64,000 nucleotides of DNA. Source: an uncultured Bacteroidaceae bacterium. GTDB lineage: Bacteria > Bacteroidota > Bacteroidia > Bacteroidales > Bacteroidaceae. The stretch is from positions 1,639-65,638 of the forward strand of contig CAJGCU010000001.1 of assembly GCA_904501945.1 (NCBI GenBank). Reading direction: 5' to 3'. The notes below the pieces were generated by a model, which saw only the letters and a list, made by a program, of their open reading frames with translations, searched no databases and had not been told where the DNA came from. The position numbers and the translations under genes are program-made. Below are positions 58,863-64,000 of this stretch, in pieces (the stretch's first letter is position 1; each line of letters begins with the position of its first letter).

Positions 58863-58892
58863 CACCGTCTGCGTAATATTACGTACACGGTG
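58863..58892. repeat. 30-bp palindrome with central CGTAATATTACG
   Basis: caccgtctgcgtaatattacgtacacggtg pairs at 13 of 15 positions. Lies 60 nt downstream of the lipoprotein gene stop. Confidence 0.6.
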
Positions 58893-58951
58893 CTCAGAAT
58901 TTTATAAAGGCTATGTGCATGTTTCGCCTTTCTTGCTGAGGTTCACAAGAT

Positions 58952-59617
58952 TTATCTCATTCCAATCACCAGCGGATTGCTTGTGTTGGTTTTGTCTGCA
59001 TATGCAACGTTCAAGCGTACAGAAACGCTTTGGTTTTTTTTAGCTTTCTTGCAGTGTATGCGTCCTGTATATCTGATTCTTTGGCCTGGTTCTAACGAGG
59101 TTGTCAAAGATGGTGATATGCTGCAGTTTTTATTGTTGTCTGTACTCAGGTAGATGACTATATTATTGAGCTGTTCGCGTGTTGTGTTCGTAATGAATCC
59201 TTCTATCTCAATCGTTTCTCCTTTAGACAGATAGCCATCGCCATCTCCGTCCATATAGTTGAGTGGGGAGATATTGGTTCGAACAGAAGGTGCAGCACCC
59301 ATATAGGCGCCTCCTCCTGTCTGGTAGTCTTCATAAGGTGCATCATAAGTTTGTGTGTTTGCAGCTTGCTCGTTTCGTTCAATTTGAGAAGCGATGCCAA
59401 CACCTAATACGGCACCAACTCCCATGCCGACAAGATTGCCGAGAGCGCTGTTTTCACCACGGAAAGGTCCGTGTCCCGTGAGGAACCCGATAGCTTCGCC
59501 TACCTGTCCTCCAATCATGGCTCCTGTAACTCCGCCAGCCGCTTGGTAGGTAGTGCCGCAGCTGCTTGTCAGAATGAGTGTCGCTAATGCTACTGATAAA
59601 ACTTTATTTCTTTTCAT
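58952..59617 (-). CDS. glycine-zipper lipoprotein with C-terminal beta-sandwich domain
   Basis: MKRNKVLSVALATLILTSSC|G lipobox. Gly-zipper GGVTGAMIGGQVGEAIGFLTG...GNLVGMGVGAVLGVGIA. The TAATTTTG box inside the longer ORF favours the ATG at 59617. Confidence 0.55.
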   Translation of the reverse strand: MKRNKVLSVALATLILTSSCGTTYQAAGGVTGAMIGGQVGEAIGFLTGHGPFRGENSALGNLVGMGVGAVLGVGIASQIERNEQAANTQTYDAPYEDYQTGGGAYMGAAPSVRTNISPLNYMDGDGDGYLSKGETIEIEGFITNTTREQLNNIVIYLSTDNNKNCSISPSLTTSLEPGQRIRYTGRIHCKKAKKNQSVSVRLNVAYADKTNTSNPLVIGMR

Positions 59618-59643
59618 AATGTCGTGGCTGTTGTTTTCGACTT

Positions 59644-59651
59644 CAAAATTA
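59644..59651 (-). promoter_or_regulatory. -7 promoter box TAATTTTG
   Basis: Plus strand reads caaaatta, 27 nt upstream of the ATG at 59617. Confidence 0.45.
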
Positions 59652-59746
59652 CTCATTATTCATGATATGTAACGTGTTTGGAGTCTTTAAAATCATTAAA
59701 ATGGTGAAGAGTTGGCAGATTAGTTGTAAATTAGAACTAAAAAGAC

Positions 59747-59754
59747 TACTTTTG
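59747..59754 (+). promoter_or_regulatory. -7 promoter box TACTTTTG
   Basis: It overlaps the GTG that opens the ORF-track ORF, so the ATG at 59769 (or 59778) is the likelier start. Confidence 0.4.
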
Positions 59755-59768
59755 TGGCGAATTTCACG

Positions 59769-60602
59769 ATGATACACATGACAAGCATACGTCATTCCTA
59801 TATACATATTTTAGTAGCTATATTATTCTCTTCGTTTTTTTCTGTGGCATGGGCTCAAAATGACTCTAAACAGAAAAAGACGAAACATGAGGAATTTATT
59901 ATTCCAGAAATACTGCCTGACCCCATTGCTCCACAAGCAAGGCCCGACAGGCATTCGGGCGTGTTGAATATGCCAATGTTGTCAGCTCGCGTTTCAAGCG
60001 AGCAACTGCATGGAATAGATGTCAGCCACTACCAGGGTCGTATCAACTGGGACGAAGTCGCAAAAGACCCCAACGTGAACTACGTCTATCTGAAGGCTAC
60101 AGAGGGAGTGAATACAACGGACGACACCTACCGTTACAATTTTAGAGAGTGCAAGCGAGTTGGATTGAAGGTTGGAAGTTATTTGTTTTTTCGTCCTCGC
60201 CTTTCAGCTAAAGCGCAATTCCAGCATTTCATGTCGATGGTAGATACAAAAAGCCAAGATCTACTTCCTGTGATTGATGCAGAAGTCATCAAAGGCGTTT
60301 CTGTCAGAGCTTTTCAGACACGATTGCTAGAACTATGCCAACTATTTGAAAAAGAATACGGTAAAAAGCCAATCATTTATACAGGCAGAAATTTCTATAA
60401 TAAGTATATTTATGGAAATACCCGACTTAGCACCTATAAATATTTCATAGCTTCATATACCTTTGAGGAACCTCAATTGAATGGGGATAAGGAATATGTG
60501 ATGTGGCAATATACAGCAACAGGAAGCGTGAAAGGAATTCGAGGCGACGTAGATCAGAGCAAGTTGATGGGGCGTCATACGCTTGCTGACATCCTGTATT
60601 GA
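59769..60602 (+). CDS. GH25 lysozyme (muramidase), secreted
   Basis: Signal peptide ...ILFSSFFSVAWAQ. GH25 core GIDVSHYQGRINWDEV...YVYLKATEG. Confidence 0.8.
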   Translation: MIHMTSIRHSYIHILVAILFSSFFSVAWAQNDSKQKKTKHEEFIIPEILPDPIAPQARPDRHSGVLNMPMLSARVSSEQLHGIDVSHYQGRINWDEVAKDPNVNYVYLKATEGVNTTDDTYRYNFRECKRVGLKVGSYLFFRPRLSAKAQFQHFMSMVDTKSQDLLPVIDAEVIKGVSVRAFQTRLLELCQLFEKEYGKKPIIYTGRNFYNKYIYGNTRLSTYKYFIASYTFEEPQLNGDKEYVMWQYTATGSVKGIRGDVDQSKLMGRHTLADILY

Positions 60603-60607
60603 AACGT

Positions 60608-62287
60608 CTATTCCCCAAAAAGAATTTTGTATTCTCGCTCTTTCGCTTGAGAAACCCAATTTTCAGGAATAAAACGCCAATGATTTTTAGGTTGTGGATC
60701 TATAGTGCCTATTTCTTTGATGTAATCCATCAAATAATGACGGATGTCATATTCGCTGACACACATAATGCGTGAATCAATCTCTTCTTTTGATAATCCA
60801 GCTCCTTTTGTCAGCAATTCTCCTCCTCCATTGGCACGGTAGGCAGTCATGGCAACAGTATATGTCTCATTAGGGAGAAAGGGCCGTCCATCTTCCATAG
60901 AGATAATGTGAACTTTCTCTCCCTCCGGCTTAGTCACGTCCACTTCATAACGAATGCCTGCAGCCGAATCGAAATTAAAGATGAAGTTTTTGAATCCCAT
61001 CCGGTTGGGATTGCTTTTCATTGGGCTGATAAGCAACATGGTATCTGTAGGTGAGTGCATCTGCTGAATCCAGCTTGCATAGCTCATTTCGAGATAATCT
61101 TTTATCTCTTGCCCCGTGAGCAGCAAGGTATAAAGGCGATCCTCAAAACGGTAGAGGTCGAATAGGTTGCTTACTTTGATGTCGCCAGCTTCAATGGCAG
61201 CATTGAAAAAGAGTGGGGCAGTGAACGAGAGGTCTGCCTTGCTTATTTTCAGCTGCAAAGACTGAATGAGATCAATATAAGCAGAGGAGCCGAAATAAGC
61301 CTCTGTGACATCTACACGATTGAGGAATGTGCCAATCTTTCTGGTGGAAAAATGTTTAACTTCATTGAACGAACGGTAGAAATGCTTCTTAAATGATGTA
61401 GCGTGCTGATTATGAAGCGTTCCGATATAATGAAGAGCACAATGAGTTTCATGATTGGCAACTCTGTCTTCTTCCATATTGAAGATAACATCTATCACAG
61501 CCACGCTGTAGGCGTAACAACCAGGATTGACACAAGGAACCATTCGTCCACTTTTTGTCGTGACTTCCTCAATGTTGCTGGAATGGTCGTGTCCATAAAG
61601 AATCAAATCGAAACCTTCAATATTTTCAGCCGTCTCGCGAGTCGCATTTTCCTTGTATTCAGGAGTTACTATGCCCTCATTCATGCCAGAGTGCATCAAT
61701 CCTACGATATAGTCAGGACTCTCTTCTCTTTTGACAATTTCAATCCATCGAGCCGCGCTTTCTTGAATGTCTTCAAATCGCATCCCCTCCCATGTCTTTT
61801 TAGGAATCCAATGGGGGATAGCTGGCGTAATAAAGCCTATTATAGCAATTTTAAGCCCCTGTCGGTAGAAAACTTCGTATGGCTGAAAATACGGCTCATT
61901 GGTTTGTGTGTCAATAACATTGGCACCAAGAATGGGATAATTGCATTCTTCTGTAAATTTGTTGAAGATGCTTTTGCCCATTTCTATATCATGGTTTCCA
62001 ATCACGGCCACGTCATAGCCAATATAGTTGCATATTTCAGCTACACGATGGCGAGAATTCTTGCAGTGATTGTTGAAATAATATGCCGTAGGTTCTCCCT
62101 GCAACATGTCGCCTCCATCAATGAGTATCGTATTTCCAGGGGCTTCTAAAACGGTGCTGGCAACAAACGCATGCACCCTCTGGAGACTTCCTTTTCCCCA
62201 GTGTTCATGACGGAAGTCGTAAGGGAAATAATTTCCGTGTACGTCCGTTGTGAAAATAAGTTTCAGATGCTTTGTCCCTTCGCCCAT
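60608..62287 (-). CDS. bifunctional metallophosphatase / 5'-nucleotidase (UshA-like)
   Basis: 559 aa. Calcineurin-like motifs TTDVHGN, GGDMLQGEP and GNHDIE, with a C-terminal 5'-nucleotidase domain. Confidence 0.85.
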   Translation of the reverse strand: MGEGTKHLKLIFTTDVHGNYFPYDFRHEHWGKGSLQRVHAFVASTVLEAPGNTILIDGGDMLQGEPTAYYFNNHCKNSRHRVAEICNYIGYDVAVIGNHDIEMGKSIFNKFTEECNYPILGANVIDTQTNEPYFQPYEVFYRQGLKIAIIGFITPAIPHWIPKKTWEGMRFEDIQESAARWIEIVKREESPDYIVGLMHSGMNEGIVTPEYKENATRETAENIEGFDLILYGHDHSSNIEEVTTKSGRMVPCVNPGCYAYSVAVIDVIFNMEEDRVANHETHCALHYIGTLHNQHATSFKKHFYRSFNEVKHFSTRKIGTFLNRVDVTEAYFGSSAYIDLIQSLQLKISKADLSFTAPLFFNAAIEAGDIKVSNLFDLYRFEDRLYTLLLTGQEIKDYLEMSYASWIQQMHSPTDTMLLISPMKSNPNRMGFKNFIFNFDSAAGIRYEVDVTKPEGEKVHIISMEDGRPFLPNETYTVAMTAYRANGGGELLTKGAGLSKEEIDSRIMCVSEYDIRHYLMDYIKEIGTIDPQPKNHWRFIPENWVSQAKEREYKILFGE

Positions 62288-62324
62288 GACCTAACTCAAC
62301 GTTTAAAATGGCATAATTATTTGA

Positions 62325-62332
62325 CAAAGTTA
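62325..62332 (-). promoter_or_regulatory. -7 promoter box TAACTTTG
   Basis: Plus strand reads caaagtta, 38 nt upstream of the ATG at 62287. Confidence 0.5.
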
Positions 62333-62437
62333 AGAAAAAAATGTCAATTTCATGACAAATGCCATGTCCTTTATGTCAAAAAAGACAAATGGCATCTTTT
62401 TTGTCATACTTTTTAATGAAATAAAACTCAAAACATC

Positions 62438-63082
62438 ATGGCATTCATTGATTACTATAAAATATTGGGTGTACCCAAAGATATTTCTCAGAAGGATATA
62501 CGTGCCGCCTATCGTAAGCGTTCAAAGCAGTTTCATCCTGATTTGCATCCAGACGATCCCAAAGCAAAGGCCAAGTTCCAGATGCTGAACGAAGCCTATG
62601 AAGTTCTGAATGACCCGGAAAAACGTGCAAAATACGACCAATATGGTGAAAACTGGAAACAAGCAGAACAATTTGGTGGATTTGGCAACGGGGGAGGGAA
62701 TCCATTTGAAGGTTTCAGTTTCAATATGGGTGGAGAAGGTGGCATGAGCGACTTCTTCCAGCAGATTTTTGGAGGTATGGGAGGACGGCGTACGCGGACA
62801 TCGCGACGTCCTGCAGAATCAACTGAAACTGAAGCTCATGTGACCATCGATGTTTGGACTGCCATGCTTGGCGGAGAACTGATTGTCAGCACTCCATACG
62901 GAAAGTTTAAATTGAAAGTGACACAGGGTACACAGCCCGGCAAGAAGGTTCGTCTGAAAGGCAAGGGAGGCACAATGAGCAATGGTGCTACCAAAGATCT
63001 CATCATTGTTTTTGATGTCACAATACCTGACAATTTGTCGGAACAACAAAAAAGTCTTCTTGAACAGGCTAGACGTGGATAA
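62438..63082 (+). CDS. short J-domain protein (CbpA-like; J domain + G/F linker + single DnaJ C-terminal domain, no zinc finger)
   Basis: 214 aa. [12 protein letters not shown]...[10 protein letters not shown] (HPD), a GG-rich linker and a C-terminal beta domain ...KVRLKGKG. Confidence 0.8.
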   Translation: MAFIDYYKILGVPKDISQKDIRAAYRKRSKQFHPDLHPDDPKAKAKFQMLNEAYEVLNDPEKRAKYDQYGENWKQAEQFGGFGNGGGNPFEGFSFNMGGEGGMSDFFQQIFGGMGGRRTRTSRRPAESTETEAHVTIDVWTAMLGGELIVSTPYGKFKLKVTQGTQPGKKVRLKGKGGTMSNGATKDLIIVFDVTIPDNLSEQQKSLLEQARRG

Positions 63083-63178
63083 AGACACGAGTTTCGTTTT
63101 TTCTTTATCGAAGTCTCATGGTGGTGCTCATGGATGAGGATTCCAAATGAGAGAAATAGAGAGCAAAAACATAGAAAA

Positions 63179-63214
63179 CAGAAGGAGGGGAATCATTAAT
63201 TTCCCCTCCTTCTG
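63179..63214. terminator. bidirectional terminator hairpin overlapping the nhaA stop
   Basis: 14-bp perfect stem cagaaggaggggaa (63179-63192) / ttcccctccttctg (63201-63214). T-rich tracts lie on both sides. Confidence 0.6.
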
Positions 63215-64000
63215 TTTTCTATCATGGCAAATATATTGATGAGTGCCGATCCGAGAATGCCTGCACATAGGGAACCTAGTAGAACAGCTATTTTGCCAGA
63301 AGAACGAAGCGTTTCTATTATTTGAGGCTCAAAATCGCCAAAAGATAGGGTATCGACAAATATGGCCATTGTAAATCCGATGCCTCCAAGGCAGGCAACG
63401 GCAAAGAGCATTTTCCAAGACGCTCCTTCAGGCATCGTTCCAACTTTTGATTTAATTGCAATGAAACTAGCAAGCGTGATACCAATAGGTTTGCCCAGTA
63501 GAAGTCCAAAAAATATTCCCATGCCGACGAATCCCGTCCCTTCAATATCAAGATGTTGGAATATGTTAAAGAAACTGATATCAGGAATGACAACCCCTGC
63601 ATTTGCCAATGCGAAAATAGGCATAATCAGAAAGTTAACCCATGGATTGAGAGCATGTTCAAGGCGATACGACATACCTATTGAGTTGTTGTTGATGTAA
63701 CTCATACGACGTAGGCAATGGCGTTGCGGTCCATTTGGAAAAGGAACGCCTTGTTCTGCTATTTCATTGTCATAGTGCTGGATGCGAGCAATATATTTAT
63801 GATTACTTCTACGCAAATAAGCATGGTTGAATCGTGCTTCCATTGGAATCATGAATGCCATGACAACACCTGACATGGTGGAGTGTATGCCTGAATAGTA
63901 GAAAAGAAACCACACAACAATGGCTGGAATGAGATAGAAAGCCATTCGTTTTTCTCCTAGAGTATTCATGAATCGCACCATCGCCAATATGATAATGGCG
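63196..64000 (-). CDS. nhaA: Na+/H+ antiporter NhaA; 5' end outside the window
   Basis: The frame stays open to position 64000 (the apparent M at 63987 is TTG). Motifs GIHSTMSGVVMAFMIP and FALANAGV. Confidence 0.85.
   Translation of the reverse strand, partial: AIIILAMVRFMNTLGEKRMAFYLIPAIVVWFLFYYSGIHSTMSGVVMAFMIPMEARFNHAYLRRSNHKYIARIQHYDNEIAEQGVPFPNGPQRHCLRRMSYINNNSIGMSYRLEHALNPWVNFLIMPIFALANAGVVIPDISFFNIFQHLDIEGTGFVGMGIFFGLLLGKPIGITLASFIAIKSKVGTMPEGASWKMLFAVACLGGIGFTMAIFVDTLSFGDFEPQIIETLRSSGKIAVLLGSLCAGILGSALINIFAMIENRRRGN

Overview
This is a densely coding chromosomal window from a Bacteroidota genome. It looks Bacteroidales and Prevotella-like, judged from gene order (purH-mreBCD-mrdA-rodA, ribH next to a TPR gene, split hisHAF-IE block), a TamB/TamL pair and many TAnnTTTG -7 promoter boxes. 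That taxonomic call is inference only. I call 48 protein genes, most on the minus strand, and two are cut by the window edges. They cover housekeeping functions: aspS, ribH, aroC, ssb, kdsA/kdsD, dnaJ/grpE, lysA/lysC, ftsE, hisH-A-F-IE, dnaA and the mre/mrdA/rodA elongasome. They also cover envelope functions: TamB, a TamL-like Omp85 lipoprotein, MlaD-like, an amidase, a GH25 lysozyme and a FadL-like barrel. One accessory block lies between the his genes and dnaA and holds a PL11-like rhamnogalacturonan lyase, a lipoprotein, an AraC regulator and a divergent RND efflux pump. I found no tRNA, rRNA, CRISPR, transposase, integrase or recognisable defence genes. The non-obvious signals are mostly non-coding. 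(1) A family of head-to-tail 23-bp repeats built on the palindrome CGTAATTACG occurs at four intergenic loci, always in the same orientation and always 3' of a minus-strand gene. (2) An imperfect palindromic element of about 78 bp occurs in at least three copies. (3) A 47-bp perfect inverted repeat (54 bp with 2 mismatches) brackets the complete PL11 gene. Protein-level oddities are: a secreted protein with an extreme Trp/Tyr block and a Ser/Arg/Thr/Gly tail, encoded next to a FadL/PorV-like barrel; a purH reduced to the IMP cyclohydrolase domain; and a SlyD-like PPIase with a Cys/Gly tail. All coordinates of short motifs were read by eye from the sequence. No database searches were possible.
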